Source: an uncultured Thiomicrospira sp. | GTDB taxonomy: Bacteria; Pseudomonadota; Gammaproteobacteria; CAKMZV01 | Length of the DNA stretch: 64,000 nucleotides | Direction: 5' to 3' | Assembly: GCA_965195345.1 (NCBI GenBank) | Contig: OZ239628.1 | Location: 1,088,001-1,152,000 of the forward strand | In this document: positions 1-12,400 of the stretch, piece after piece | How the letters are laid out: each line of letters starts with the position of its first letter | How positions within the stretch are numbered: position 1 is the stretch's first letter | Position numbers and translations under genes: made by a program | The notes under the pieces: generated by a model | What the model saw: the letters and a program-made list of their open reading frames with translations, nothing else | What the model was told of the DNA's origin: nothing | Database searches by the model: none

Positions 1-232
1 TTCGGACATAAATATTCTTATTAATATTGTTTGTTTTCAATGGTTTTATTATTAGGATTATAAGTGATTTAACTTCATTTATACAAGTAAATTAGAGCTA
101 AAACAATGGCTATTTTACTCTTCATGCATTTATTGCTCTAAAGGTAATTTGATGACTGCATCTAATAGAATAGTAAATACTCATAGTCTCTAATGGATTA
201 ACGAAGTTATATGGTTTTCCACGCTTCAATTT

Positions 233-1162
233 TTATTTGAAAGATTTGGCAATACAGAGCAGCCTTTGATGAAGAATCTTGTCTATTTCCAAAACAATTA
301 TCCCTGCTGTGAAAACGCATGCGATCCCTAACAAACTTATAAGATCTAAATGATTATTAAAAAAAGTTGCCCCAAAAATTGCAGAAAATATAATATATGA
401 ATAATCAAATGTTCCAACAACGGAAGGATTTCCTTTTTGATAGGCTGTAGAAGAGAAAACGCTGTACCCGACTACTAATATACTCATCAAGGTTAACCAA
501 AAATAGTCGATTGCATGAAGCATTTTCCAAGGAGCCAGAAGGAATGGGAATTCTTGAGCTGCTGTTTCTTCAAATGGAAAAAAGAAAACATAAATGCTTA
601 TGATTATGCAAAACACGAGCATTATAAAATTGAAGCCAAAAGCCAGGTGCAAAGGCTCTTCCTTTTCCAATTTAAATTTAGTAATCAACATAACGATCGC
701 ATAAATTATAGCGCTGATAAAAGGGAGCAGAAGATACCATGAAAATGTTGCGCTTCCGGGCTTAAGAATGGCAACAACGCCCAACAGTCCAAAAGACACA
801 CCAATCCATAATCGCAACTTCACCTTTTTTTTGAAAATAATAGTTGAGAAAAAAGTAATAAATAATGGCGCAGTATAAAGTCCTACAGCGGCTATAGCCA
901 GTTGTAATTTAGGCAATGCCGTAAAGTATAAAATTAAGAGAGAAACCAGTAAAAAGGAACGAAGAAAAATTATTTTTAGGTTCAGTGCGCGCATGCTTAT
1001 TTTTTGAATGCGTATTAATAAGTATATCCATGTAACTGCTAAAACGGATCGAATGGTTCCTAATTGCCACATTGACATGTGATCCGCAAGGAATTTAACG
1101 ATAACATCAGAACTGGCTATAAGGAATGTTGCCGTTATAATAGCAAGCACGCTTTTATTCAT
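233..1162 (-). CDS. DMT/EamA family transporter
   Basis: 309 aa, ~10 hydrophobic segments in two EamA-like halves. Confidence 0.85.
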   Translation of the reverse strand: MNKSVLAIITATFLIASSDVIVKFLADHMSMWQLGTIRSVLAVTWIYLLIRIQKISMRALNLKIIFLRSFLLVSLLILYFTALPKLQLAIAAVGLYTAPLFITFFSTIIFKKKVKLRLWIGVSFGLLGVVAILKPGSATFSWYLLLPFISAIIYAIVMLITKFKLEKEEPLHLAFGFNFIMLVFCIIISIYVFFFPFEETAAQEFPFLLAPWKMLHAIDYFWLTLMSILVVGYSVFSSTAYQKGNPSVVGTFDYSYIIFSAIFGATFFNNHLDLISLLGIACVFTAGIIVLEIDKILHQRLLCIAKSFK

Positions 1163-1361
1163 TATTATTTAAATGCTTTAGTATGGTCTTGAAGAGAATA
1201 TTTCTGGTGTTATACTTTTGATGTTGATGTATTCTACTCCTCCTTTTCGATTGAAGCGTTTAAAGATTTGAATTTAAGGTGTCTACATGGTAATTGCCTG
1301 AACGTTTAATTAATTGGTGATTTAATATTTTAGTAGCTCTAACTCTAAGAAAGATCAGATA

Positions 1362-2633
1362 ATGATAAGAAAGACAATCAAACTAATTGTTCCTTTGCTG
1401 ATAGTAGCCGGTGTTTTTTCAGGATATAAGTATCTACAAACTTTTAAAAAAGCACCGAAAGAAAATGTCAGCAAGGAAATTGTATACAACGTTGATTCAC
1501 TTTTAGTCGCACCATCAGACCATATACCTGTTCAACAACTTTATGGGCAAGTTAACAATCAAAAAATAGTGACTTTAGCCGCTCCAAGCGCAGGTGAAGT
1601 ACAAAAAGTTTCGGTATCTTCAGGCGAATGGGTGTCACAGGGGAAAGAGTTAATTGCCCTACATGATTCAGACTTTGATTTACGCATTAATCGAGCGAAG
1701 GTGGGGATTTCTGAAACGAACGCTACCATAGAAAAAATTGATCTTGATAGTGAAAGTTTAAAAAAGCAATTGAGCCGTCAACTTAAACTATTAGACTTGT
1801 TTGAAAGGAAATTCACTAGGGAACAAAGCATGAATTTGAAAAAATTCAGCACTCAAGAGCGGCTTGAAACAGCTGAGCAAAATTATTTACAGCAGTCTTT
1901 AGTTGTAGATCAAGTAGAAGATAATATTGAAGCATTGCAAGTTCAGAGAAGCAGGGCGCAGGCGGATGAAGAACGCAAGAAAATTGAATTGGAAGATGCG
2001 TATACGCTTAAAGATAGAAGTGTGCGTATATCCAATGAAGATTCTTTGATATTAGAAGTTTTAGTACAATCTGGTGCGACAGTTAATGCGGGAACCCCAT
2101 TAATTAGAATGATGGCATTGAATGATTTTGAGGTGGTAGCATCATTAATTGGCGCTCAAGCAATCAAAATTATTGAAGCTTTGGAGAAGGGTGAAGAGGT
2201 ATTGGCAAATGTTACATATCTAGGGAAGCTGCTCAGATTTAAGTTGGCTAGAATTCAAGGCAGTGCCGATAACGGCAGTCTGGTCGGCGTTTTTATACCC
2301 CTCAGTAGAGAAAAAGAGGATTTGAAGCTTCTGCGTCTCGGCATTTCTTTGCCAATCGATTTGTATCGTCCGGTTGAACCAAATTCAATTGGGGTGCCAT
2401 TTTCAGCTTTGTACGGAAGAGATAAAGTATATGCCATACAAGAGAACAGATTAAAAGAAGTGAAAGTTTCTTTTTTAGGAGTGATTGAAGTTCCAATACA
2501 GAATGAAAAAATGCAACTTTGGGCTTTAGTTAGGTCATCAGAAATAATCGATAGAACAGAAATTCTCACAACCTACTTGCCCAATGCGGCGAACGGCATA
2601 GCTGTTAAAAAAGTATATTCGCAAGATCAATAG
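1362..2633 (+). CDS. RND efflux periplasmic adaptor (membrane fusion protein)
   Basis: N-terminal anchor, lipoyl-like halves flanking a coiled coil; abuts RND permease. Confidence 0.85.
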   Translation: MIRKTIKLIVPLLIVAGVFSGYKYLQTFKKAPKENVSKEIVYNVDSLLVAPSDHIPVQQLYGQVNNQKIVTLAAPSAGEVQKVSVSSGEWVSQGKELIALHDSDFDLRINRAKVGISETNATIEKIDLDSESLKKQLSRQLKLLDLFERKFTREQSMNLKKFSTQERLETAEQNYLQQSLVVDQVEDNIEALQVQRSRAQADEERKKIELEDAYTLKDRSVRISNEDSLILEVLVQSGATVNAGTPLIRMMALNDFEVVASLIGAQAIKIIEALEKGEEVLANVTYLGKLLRFKLARIQGSADNGSLVGVFIPLSREKEDLKLLRLGISLPIDLYRPVEPNSIGVPFSALYGRDKVYAIQENRLKEVKVSFLGVIEVPIQNEKMQLWALVRSSEIIDRTEILTTYLPNAANGIAVKKVYSQDQ

Positions 2634-5600
2634 ATGAACCAAAAAGGATTTTTAGCCACACTTGCACAACACAAAGTAGCAGCTAATGTACTTATGCTAC
2701 TTATGTTTTTATCTGGTTTTTTTGCTTTAAAGCAGTTGAATCGCCAATTTTTCCCTACCTTCAACCTTGACGTGATTTCAGTGCGTATTAATTGGCAGTC
2801 GGCAAATTCTGAAGATATCGAACGTTCTATAACCATTCCAGTAGAAAAAGCACTTCGTAATGTAAACAGCCTCAATAAAATGACATCATCATCGGTTTTA
2901 GGTGGTTCGTTTATTACTTTAGAGTTTACCGAAGGTACGGATATGCCTCAGGCATTGGAGCAAGTTAAACAACTTGTTTCTGAAGTTCGCAATTTACCGT
3001 CTGATTCAGAAACAGCAGTCATCAATCGCGTAACACGTTATGAAAATGTTGGACGTATCCTTCTTTCTTCAAAATCGTTGGGTCTAGACGAATTAAGGGT
3101 ATATGCCTACAGAATTGAAGATTATTTGCTCAAAGAAGGCGTTGACAGAGTTAATTTTGTTGGATTGCCAAACCTACAAATGATTATCCGATTAGATAAT
3201 CAACAATTAGAAAATTATGATTTGACCATATCAGACATTGCCAGATCTGTGGCAGCCTCCAGTCGTGATATACCTTTAGGGTCTTTAGGTGGTAATGACT
3301 CTGAACGCGATTTACGTGTTCTCGCTCAAGGAAGAAGTATTGATGATTTCTCCTCCATTGTTATCCGCTCACGATTGGATAAGTTAATCACATTGGGTGA
3401 CATAGCTACTATTCATAGAGAACCCATAAAAAACCAACCTTTGCTCTATGTTGACAATAATAACGCCATCGAAATGATTGTTCAACGTCAAGAAGGTGGA
3501 GACACATTAGAAACAAGCAAAATTATTCAGGAATGGGAAGCGCAGGAAACAGCTGCTTTGGCATCGCAGGTGCAGATCAAAGTTTTTGACAAACGGTGGA
3601 AGTCTTTAGAGGATCGAATTGGTGTTTTGCTTGAAAACGGCATCAGTGGTATGGTCTTAGTGGTTTTGCTACTGTATCTATTCATGCATGGAAGAGTTGC
3701 TATTTGGGTAGCCATTGGTATACCAGCCTCTTATTCTTTGGCTTTGTTGGTTTTATATCTCATTGGTGGATCTATCAACATGCTGACATCTTTTGCATTG
3801 ATTATGTGTCTGGGAATTATTGTTGATGATGCTATTGTAGTGAGTGAAGAGGCGTTGCAAAATTTTGAGAAGGGAATGGATGCGAGAAAATCAGTTTTAC
3901 TGAGCATCGAAAAAATGTTCCCTCCCATCTTAGCCTCATCATTAACAACCGTAGCTGCTTTTTTACCACTGACTTTTATAGGTGGGACGTTTGGACAAAT
4001 TTTGATCGCGTTGCCAATCGTTACTATCTGTGTCATTGCCGCTTCGCTTATTGAAAGCTTTCTTGTTTTACCAGGACACTTAAATCATTCTTTTTCAAAG
4101 ATTAAATCAATCAATAACAAGGTTTTTTTTCGAGAACGTTTTGAGAATGGGTTTTATGCCGTACGTGACAATATGTTTATTCCATTGCTAAAAATTTGCC
4201 TTTCTAATCGTCTTAGCGTGTTGGTGATTAGTTTTGGAGCATTAATCTTGAGTCTTGGTATGTTGACTTCAGGTCTTCTGAAGTTTGAGTTTTTCCCTTC
4301 ACCTGAAGGAAGAAAGGTTTATATGCAAGCGAAATTTGCCGCTGGAACATCATCTGGCAAAGTGCAAGACTACCTTGTTGTTGCAAATGAAGCATTAAAT
4401 AAAACGCTTGATGAATTAGGAGAAGATATTGTTTCAGTTAGGGTGCAACGCGTTGGTCTTGGGGCGGGAAGTAATGCTATTCAAGCAAGCAATTATGGTT
4501 CTATCTTTGTTGAATTGATAGAGTCGGATTTGCGGAAAACGCGTAATGAGACATTTCTACAAACATGGAGGCGGCATTTACCCGAATGGTCTGGTCTGAT
4601 AGACGTTACCATGTCGCAAAGAAGAGTTGGTCCCCCAGGGAAAGATTTGTCTATTCGTCTTATCGGCGATGATGTTATTCAAGTGAAAAAAGCCGCTGAA
4701 GAGTTGATTATTGTTTTGCAGAATATAGCTGGGATAGAGAATGTTTTCGATGATTTACCTTACGGAAAAGATCAGTTGCTGTTTGAGTTAACACCCCAAG
4801 CTGTTTCTCTAGGTGTTACTGTTGGTGATTTGAGTGCACAAATTCGTAGTGCATTCTCTTCTCAATTAGTGCAAATTTATAATGAAGGAAATGACGACAT
4901 TGAGGTCCGAATATCTCTGCTTGAAGATCAAACTGATAATTTGGCTACGTTAGAAAATATTAATGTTGCACTGCCTAACGGAGGCTCAGCTCCACTGGCA
5001 AATCTTGTAAATTGGAAGAGCAATAATGGTTTTCAATCAATTCGACATTTTGATGCGAGAGCCGCCGTCGAAGTACAAGCAGATATTGATAAAAAGATAA
5101 CCAGCTTCGATGATGTGCGGACACTTTTGGTCAATGAAAAGCTAAGCGCTATTGTAAGTAAAAACAATGTACAGTGGGCGTTCTCTGGCAAAGCATTGGA
5201 GCAAGGGGAAACGTTTGCTGATATGAAGGTAGGAGGGTTATTAGGTTTAGCTTTGATTTACATTATTCTAGCGTGGATTTTTTCTTCGTGGGGTTGGCCC
5301 GTACTGGTTATGGCTATTATCCCTATGGGGTTGATAGGTGCCGTTTTAGGGCATTGGGCAATGGACATAAATTTAACTATTTTGTCCATATTTGGTTTAT
5401 TTGGTTTATCTGGGATAGTGATCAATGACTCAATCATTTTGGTAAGCGCATATCGAAAAATCCGAGATGCTGGAGCACACTATAAAGATGCGTTAGTTGA
5501 AGCAGTAAGAATTCGATTCAGAGCGGTATTGCTAACATCTTTGACAACGATAGGTGGTTTAATCTTTGGCAATCTTTGCTCCTTGACGTCCTATTTGTCC

Positions 5601-5642
5601 CCAAAAATACACGCCGATGTAAAAGAGTGGAATGCCAGTTAA
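2634..5642 (+). CDS. AcrB/AcrD/AcrF family RND permease, C-terminus disrupted by a 147-bp duplicated segment
   Basis: GIIVDDAIVV and GIVINDSII motifs, RFRAVLLTSLTT; the expected tail (LLFETSRQAQFLIPMA...) is found out of frame from 5710. Confidence 0.9.
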   Translation: MNQKGFLATLAQHKVAANVLMLLMFLSGFFALKQLNRQFFPTFNLDVISVRINWQSANSEDIERSITIPVEKALRNVNSLNKMTSSSVLGGSFITLEFTEGTDMPQALEQVKQLVSEVRNLPSDSETAVINRVTRYENVGRILLSSKSLGLDELRVYAYRIEDYLLKEGVDRVNFVGLPNLQMIIRLDNQQLENYDLTISDIARSVAASSRDIPLGSLGGNDSERDLRVLAQGRSIDDFSSIVIRSRLDKLITLGDIATIHREPIKNQPLLYVDNNNAIEMIVQRQEGGDTLETSKIIQEWEAQETAALASQVQIKVFDKRWKSLEDRIGVLLENGISGMVLVVLLLYLFMHGRVAIWVAIGIPASYSLALLVLYLIGGSINMLTSFALIMCLGIIVDDAIVVSEEALQNFEKGMDARKSVLLSIEKMFPPILASSLTTVAAFLPLTFIGGTFGQILIALPIVTICVIAASLIESFLVLPGHLNHSFSKIKSINNKVFFRERFENGFYAVRDNMFIPLLKICLSNRLSVLVISFGALILSLGMLTSGLLKFEFFPSPEGRKVYMQAKFAAGTSSGKVQDYLVVANEALNKTLDELGEDIVSVRVQRVGLGAGSNAIQASNYGSIFVELIESDLRKTRNETFLQTWRRHLPEWSGLIDVTMSQRRVGPPGKDLSIRLIGDDVIQVKKAAEELIIVLQNIAGIENVFDDLPYGKDQLLFELTPQAVSLGVTVGDLSAQIRSAFSSQLVQIYNEGNDDIEVRISLLEDQTDNLATLENINVALPNGGSAPLANLVNWKSNNGFQSIRHFDARAAVEVQADIDKKITSFDDVRTLLVNEKLSAIVSKNNVQWAFSGKALEQGETFADMKVGGLLGLALIYIILAWIFSSWGWPVLVMAIIPMGLIGAVLGHWAMDINLTILSIFGLFGLSGIVINDSIILVSAYRKIRDAGAHYKDALVEAVRIRFRAVLLTSLTTIGGLIFGNLCSLTSYLSPKIHADVKEWNAS

Positions 5643-5708
5643 ATAGAAAATAAAGATATTCAATGGTAACGATTCTGTATAGTTTGCCGCCAAAAAACCA
5701 GGAGGTAC
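5562..5708 (+). repeat. 147-bp direct copy of 5942-6088
   Basis: Identical sequence ATCTTTGGCAATC...GGAGGTAC at both places, offset 380 bp. Confidence 0.95.
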
Positions 5709-5845
5709 ATTATTGTTTGAGACTTCACGTCAGGCACAATTTTTAATTCCAATGGCCGCTACAATAGCTTTTGGGCTGGCAGTTTCTCCTGTTCAACTAT
5801 CCATTTACGAACAAGTAGTATTTTGGTTTAAGGATAAAAAATCAG

Positions 5846-6451
5846 TCATTGCTGAATCTGAGAAATTACCTGACTAACACCTGAATACAATAGATACAAG
5901 GCAAAAATTCCTAGAAGGGAGGCATTAAAATAACTTAGTTTATCTTTGGCAATCTTTGCTCCTTGACGTCCTATTTGTCCCCAAAAATACACGCCGATGT
6001 AAAAGAGTGGAATGCCAGTTAAATAGAAAATAAAGATATTCAATGGTAACGATTCTGTATAGTTTGCCGCCAAAAAACCAGGAGGTACTCCGATCCAAAC
6101 TTTTGGATTTGTCCAAGAAACTAAGGACATGGCTTTCCAGTTAAAGTTAAATTTTGCTTTATTGGCACCTTTAGCAACGACTATTTTCCAAGCAAGATAA
6201 AAAATAATGACCGATCCTATAAAGTAAAGAGCAGTGAAAATATTTTCATTCAATTCGCCTACCAAACCGATAACAAGTCCGATGATGGTAATAATTGGAA
6301 GCCAACATACTAGTATGTAAATGCTGTAGTTCTTATAGATATGGGAAAATGAAGTGTGGCTTGATGTTTCCATTATAGCTGTCCAAAATGCACCTGCTGT
6401 AAATACAAAAGTGAGCCAGAATATGAAAGTAGCTGCCAAGGATTCGATCAT
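5846..6451 (-). CDS. LysE-family amino acid exporter
   Basis: Hydrophobic ~200 aa, YLAWKI and NPKVW motifs; ATG 6451 preferred over ORF-track start 6517. Confidence 0.7.
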   Translation of the reverse strand: MIESLAATFIFWLTFVFTAGAFWTAIMETSSHTSFSHIYKNYSIYILVCWLPIITIIGLVIGLVGELNENIFTALYFIGSVIIFYLAWKIVVAKGANKAKFNFNWKAMSLVSWTNPKVWIGVPPGFLAANYTESLPLNIFIFYLTGIPLFYIGVYFWGQIGRQGAKIAKDKLSYFNASLLGIFALYLLYSGVSQVISQIQQ

Positions 6452-6787
6452 GTTTTTATTAATTAGGTAATAGAGGAATATCTTTTTAAGGGCTGTCTTT
6501 ATCAGGAATAGCAGCAAATATTTTTCCCTATGGTGGCTTACTATTAGTGCATTCAGAAAGCTGTAAGGGTAAAAGGTATTCTAACAAATTCATTTACAAT
6601 TTAAGTAACTATCAATTGTTTTCAATAATATATCATTAAAAGTTACGCGAAAGAAAATACGCCACTAAAATAAGATATTTTGTTTCGGCTTAATCAACAG
6701 CTTGATAGTACCTTATTGCTGTAAAATACGCTTAGTATCTAATTTTTACAAATCTATAATCCTAACGGCTACAAATTTCATTTCGAG

Positions 6788-8041
6788 ATGTCTAGTTTAC
6801 AATCTTATATAAATACAGTGGGCTTAAAGGCCAATAAAGCAGGAGAGGCAATTGTTTCTGCTGATTCTGAGAAAAAAAACAGTGCCTTGTTGGCTATTGC
6901 AAATAATCTTGATTTGAATAGGTCTGCTTTGAAGGAAGCCAATGAAAAAGACTTACAAAATGCTACTGCAAATAATGTGAGCGCTGCTTTGATTGACCGA
7001 TTACAGTTTGACGATAACATAATTGATGCAACAATTACCAGTCTACACGAAATAATAGCACTTGCTGATCCTATTGGGGAAGTCAATGACGTGAAGCCCC
7101 GCCCTTCAGGTATAAGCGTTGGGACGATGCGAGTACCTTTAGGTGTGATAGCAATTATCTATGAGTCAAGGCCAAATGTAACGGTAGATGCTGCAGCTTT
7201 ATGCTTAAAGGCAGGAAACGCTTGCGTATTGAGGGGTGGATCCGAAGCGTTGAATTCAAATAAAGCCATCGCTCGTTGCATTCAATTGGGTCTTTTAGAA
7301 GCAAAATTACCTGCTGAAGTGGTTCAGGTAATCAATGTGACCGATAGAGAAGTAGTCGCCCAAATGCTGCGCTCTCCTCATATTGATCTGATGATACCTC
7401 GCGGAGGAAAAGAGTTGATTCAGCGAGTTAGCGAAGAAGCTATTATGCCCGTCATTAAGCATTTAGATGGTGTTTGCCATGTATACATCCATGCTAATGC
7501 AGACATAGAGAAATCAATTAACATCGCAATGAATTCTAAAACGCATCGTTACGGCGTGTGCAACGCTATGGAAACACTTCTTGTTGATGCAAAAATTGCC
7601 CCTGATGTCTTAGAGCAATTAGCAAAATTGTATAGAGAAAAAAGTGTCACGCTGAAAGGGTGCGAAAAAACTAAGAAAATAATCAAGAATATTGAAGATG
7701 CTACAGAAGCAGACTGGTTTACTGAATATTTAGCTCCTATCTTGTCTATACGTGTTGTGAGTGATATTGATGAAGCTATTACTCATATTAATCATTACGG
7801 GTCTCATCATACTGACTCGATAGTTAGCGAAGACTATTCGGTAATAAAAAGATTTTTGAAGGAAGTTGATTCAGCCTCGGTGATTGTTAATGCGTCAACT
7901 CGATTTGGAGATGGTTTTGAATATGGATTAGGAGCTGAAATAGGCATAAGCACCGACAAATTTCATGCCAGAGGACCAGTGGGATTACACGGATTAACTT
8001 CACAAAAATATGTGGTTTTTGGTGATGGACAAATACGATAA
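6788..8041 (+). CDS. proA: gamma-glutamyl phosphate reductase
   Basis: [42 protein letters not shown]. Confidence 0.97.
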   Translation: MSSLQSYINTVGLKANKAGEAIVSADSEKKNSALLAIANNLDLNRSALKEANEKDLQNATANNVSAALIDRLQFDDNIIDATITSLHEIIALADPIGEVNDVKPRPSGISVGTMRVPLGVIAIIYESRPNVTVDAAALCLKAGNACVLRGGSEALNSNKAIARCIQLGLLEAKLPAEVVQVINVTDREVVAQMLRSPHIDLMIPRGGKELIQRVSEEAIMPVIKHLDGVCHVYIHANADIEKSINIAMNSKTHRYGVCNAMETLLVDAKIAPDVLEQLAKLYREKSVTLKGCEKTKKIIKNIEDATEADWFTEYLAPILSIRVVSDIDEAITHINHYGSHHTDSIVSEDYSVIKRFLKEVDSASVIVNASTRFGDGFEYGLGAEIGISTDKFHARGPVGLHGLTSQKYVVFGDGQIR

Positions 8042-8615
8042 TGACGAATTGTCTTTGACGGCTTATTTTGGAGGCAGTTTCGATCCGTTGCATGAAGGAC
8101 ACATTCATTGTGCTCAAGCAGTATGTGAACGATTGAAAATTGAATATCTTTATTTGTTGCCTTGTAACGCATCAAGCAATAAAAAACCTGAAATGTCCGC
8201 TAAAAGACGATTGGAATATATGCGACAAATGCTGGAAAAACAATCGAGCATGCGCATAGATAGTCGAGAATTGAATAAAGGTGGGGTAAGTTACACCATC
8301 AACACCTTGAAAGAAATACGTGGTGAAAAAAGAGATTCAATATTAGTATACGTAATAGGAGAAGATGTATTACTAACAATTGATAAATGGAAGTCTTGGA
8401 AAGACTTATTGAAATTTTGTCATATTGTTGTAATAAAGCGTCAGGGTGTTGAAGGGATAATGCCTGTCGAAGTTAATGAATGGTATGAACGACACTTTTC
8501 AGATGATGAATGGATAATAAAAAATGAGAAGAGTGGGTACATATTTTTCTGGGATGTAGATGCACCTGACATAAGTTCAACACGTATCAGACAACTTAGA
8601 AGTTTTGGCGATTAA
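8010..8615 (+). CDS. nadD: nicotinate-nucleotide adenylyltransferase
   Basis: [26 protein letters not shown]; proA-nadD-rsfS-rlmH order; true start may be slightly downstream. Confidence 0.93.
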   Translation: MWFLVMDKYDNDELSLTAYFGGSFDPLHEGHIHCAQAVCERLKIEYLYLLPCNASSNKKPEMSAKRRLEYMRQMLEKQSSMRIDSRELNKGGVSYTINTLKEIRGEKRDSILVYVIGEDVLLTIDKWKSWKDLLKFCHIVVIKRQGVEGIMPVEVNEWYERHFSDDEWIIKNEKSGYIFFWDVDAPDISSTRIRQLRSFGD

Positions 8616-8659
8616 TGAAGCACAATTAAGCAATTAGAAAGAACAATTATTGGATTAGT

Positions 8660-8995
8660 ATGAATCAAGAACAACCGATCAAGTACCCTGAACTTATAAA
8701 TCTCATTGTCGAGACGATTGAAGCGATGAAGGGATCTGATATTACGATACTTGACGTATCAAAATTATGCAATTTCACCGACTGGATGGTTATTTCTACT
8801 GGACGCTCCTCTCGCCATGTCGTTGCCATTTCAGAAGAGATTGCTTTGCAGTATAAGAAGCATTCGTCACATATTCCATCGTCCGAAGGAGAAGAGGGCG
8901 CTGAGTGGGTCTTAGTTGATTGCGGTGACGTTATTATTCACGTAATGCAAGATGAGACGCGAGAAAGGTATGCTTTAGAGAAGTTGTGGGCTTAG
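8660..8995 (+). CDS. rsfS: ribosome silencing factor
   Basis: WVLVDCGDVIIHVM...RERYALEKLW. Confidence 0.95.
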   Translation: MNQEQPIKYPELINLIVETIEAMKGSDITILDVSKLCNFTDWMVISTGRSSRHVVAISEEIALQYKKHSSHIPSSEGEEGAEWVLVDCGDVIIHVMQDETRERYALEKLWA

Positions 8996-9005
8996 TGTTT
9001 TCTGT

Positions 9006-9464
9006 ATGATACATATAGTTGCTATAGGAAATAAATTGCCTGACTGGATTGATAAAGGGGTGTCGAATTATCAGAAACGTTTGCACGATCCATTTACTGT
9101 AGAGGTAACTGAGATTCCCAACATTAAAAACATACGAAGCTCTGATGTGCGAAAAGTATCTGAAGGAAAAGAGATAGTGAATAAATTGCCGAAGGGCATG
9201 CACATAGTCGCACTTGATGTGGCAGGGAAAGAAATCTCTACAAAACTATTTGCTCAGCACATAGAACGTTTTTTTAATGAAAGTACGCCACCTTGTTTTA
9301 TTATTGGAGGCGCGGATGGGCTTTGTGATGAAGTGTTGCAAAGAGCCGATTCGTGTTGGTCTTTGTCAAAATTAACATTTCCTCATGCACTGGTACGTAT
9401 TATATTAATGGAGCAAATATACAGGGCAGTCAGCATCATCAAAAAACATCCTTATCATCACTGA
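9006..9464 (+). CDS. rlmH: 23S rRNA m3Psi1915 methyltransferase
   Basis: FIIGGADGL, SLSKLTFPH, EQIYRA...HPYH. Confidence 0.95.
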   Translation: MIHIVAIGNKLPDWIDKGVSNYQKRLHDPFTVEVTEIPNIKNIRSSDVRKVSEGKEIVNKLPKGMHIVALDVAGKEISTKLFAQHIERFFNESTPPCFIIGGADGLCDEVLQRADSCWSLSKLTFPHALVRIILMEQIYRAVSIIKKHPYHH

Positions 9465-12400
9465 TGGCTTTAAACATATTTTCTAAATCGCTACTAACGC
9501 TCATTATGTTAGTTTTGATTCCAACCGCAATCTTGGCTACTTCAAGTCGCATTCTTATTCACTACGTGAAGAATGACCCAATCATTATTCGCCAAGCGAT
9601 TTATGATTTTTCTGGTATTGACGTGCGCTATCAAAATGCCGAACTAAGCACTCAACTCAATCACTGGAAACTAAAGATTGATCAACTTAAAGTATTTCAA
9701 GAAAACTTTACTTTCACAGCGGATTCTATTTTTCTCGACTTGTCGTTATTCCCTAGCTTTTTTAAAACCGGAATGTCTTCTTTTTATGCTGAAAATGCAA
9801 AAGTGATTATTAGCGATGAGGAAGGTACTTCAAAAAGTATGTCTGGACAATTGGAATTGTTAAACGCACTTTCTCATTGGAAATCCATTATTTTCACTAA
9901 GTTAATCATAACGGATGAAGATGAAGCGCTTACTGTGCAACTCGACAATCTTTCTTACATCAAAAAAGACTTGGCGTCTTTAACAGGAGAAATAGATTTC
10001 AAATGGGAAAATAAAAATATTCATGGTCAAGGATTATGGATTGAAGCGCGAGAAGACGAGAATAGTAATTGGCTATTTGAAATGAATGTGCCATCGATTT
10101 TCAAGGACTCGAGTCAAATAACTAATAATTTGGGAATACAAAGTTTTTGGCACATTAAGGATAACATTTGGCACGTTGGATTGATTGGAGAAATCGGTTG
10201 GCTTGAAGGAGAAGAATTACAACGCCTTGAAGTAAATGCACGATTGAATAACGATCAAGTGGTGATTGAAGATTTGAGGCTTGGTGCGTTTTTCACTAAA
10301 GGAATTGAAATTAAGAAAAGTGGGAGTAAAGTAACTGTTGCTGATCAAAACATTCCTATTAAACAATTGCAAACAGTTGTTGCGATCTTCACGACTTCTA
10401 CTAAAGGAGTAGTACTTGACGGGGTTTTAAATGAAATTGATGTGGTGTTTGATTCAGAAAAAAACAGCATGGATTCTCTTAAACTTGATATGAGTGATTT
10501 TTCATTGGAATTAGATAATGCTGACTTTCAATCCATTGCTTCTATCGATTTGCAACTCGAGTATGCAAATGATGCAGGTGAATTTAGAATACAATCAGAA
10601 AACGTTAATTTTGTTGCTTCCGCTCTTTACTCTCAACCAAAATATGGGCAAAATCTATCAGGCTATGGCAAATTAAAAAGGGCTGCAAACTCTTCGTTTG
10701 ATATTGAACTGACTAAAGCGTCATTTGAAACGCTTAAAGGCAACAAAGCCGATATGTCATTGCAGTTATCCGGCTTTCCAGATAACCTAAATATCTTTTA
10801 CGAACTGAAACTCCCAATAGTTTCAAGCGACGAGGCCAAGGATTGGTTGCCAGACAACAATATGAATCCAGTTGCATACTCTTGGATAAATCAAAACTTG
10901 ATTAAAGGAGATGTAAAGAATTTTTTCTTTGAACTTAAAGGCACTCCTGAATCAATCGCATCGCTAAAGCATAAAGATCATCATTTGAAAATAGAAGGAG
11001 TTTTAGATCAAACAATAATGACTCCACTTGCTGGATGGGAAAAAATAGAAATAGAAAATGCAGATTTAATCTTTTTTAAAAACGTACTAAAAGTTAATGC
11101 GTCAAAAGGAAATTTGGCTGGAATAAATATTGGACAAACAAAAGTTATCCTTGATACAAATACGACAAAAAATAGAGTATTGATCGATACGAACCTAGAA
11201 GGTAACGCGCTAGTAACTGACCAATATTTTAGAAATTCAAGGCTACCAGCAATATTAGGTATTGAGGATTTTATTACGAATACACAGCTTAAGTCTGGTA
11301 AGGTTTCTGTTGAACTTAAATTAGGAGTTCGAATAAGCGATACTGATGAAAAGCCAACAACAGTTAATGGGTTTGTTCAGTTTGATGAAACATCGGTTGA
11401 AATGTATAACCAACGCTTTGTCGATGGGGAAGGTCGGATAGAGTTTAAAAATGGAAGAACAATGTTCTCTAATTTAAAAGCGTTGTGGCATGATCATCCA
11501 ATAACGGCTAACCTTATTAATAGCCCTATATATACGGATGGTTACAGAATACAACTATCAGGAATAATTGAACCAAATAACTGGACGTCACATGTGGCTG
11601 GGACTAGCAATTTTGAAGGGTTTATTGATATCCCAGTTGATCATGATAAAAATTCTACGCTTTTTCAATTTAATTCTTCGCTTGAAGGGGTAACCAGCTT
11701 TTTGCCGTTGCCTTTCAATAAAGCGAAAAAAGATAGAATGGACTTTACATTGAATGCTTCTCAGTCAACTGAGAATTTGCAAGTGGATGTTAAGATTGGA
11801 AAAGAACTATCAGGCGTGAAATTAATCCGACGTAATGGGCAGACTCAATTTAATAAAGGGGCGATGTGGATTGGAGAGAAAAGTAAATTATCTTTACGAG
11901 AAGGTTCTTTTTTAGTCGATTTGACGTTACCCATCGTTTCTACAAATAGATGGTTTAAATTTATTGAACAGTTTAAAAAGCATCGAAAATCGAATACCGA
12001 TAGTAGTGGTTTAGAGTTCCCTCCGATTGACCAAGTTAAAATTAAAACAAATATACTACGTCTTAGCGAATCCAATTATGATGATGTCAATGCATTTGCC
12101 CAATTGAGCAATGATACGTGGACTATAACACTGGACTCTCCAGCAGCCAAAGGTACTATAGACTATGATGTTGAAACGAAATATGCTGTAGTTAATCTGG
12201 AACAATTTCATCTGTCGAATTCTCAATCTAGTGGCGAAAAGAAATGTTTATCTTATAAAAAAAGTGATTGGAATAATATTCAAGTTGATGTAAAGCAGTT
12301 TAAATTTGGTAATCAAGATTTGGGTCATCTTACCCTTACTGCTTCACAAGATCATGCGCACTTGGTTGTGCCTGCATTCAAAATAAGTAATTCTAATTTT

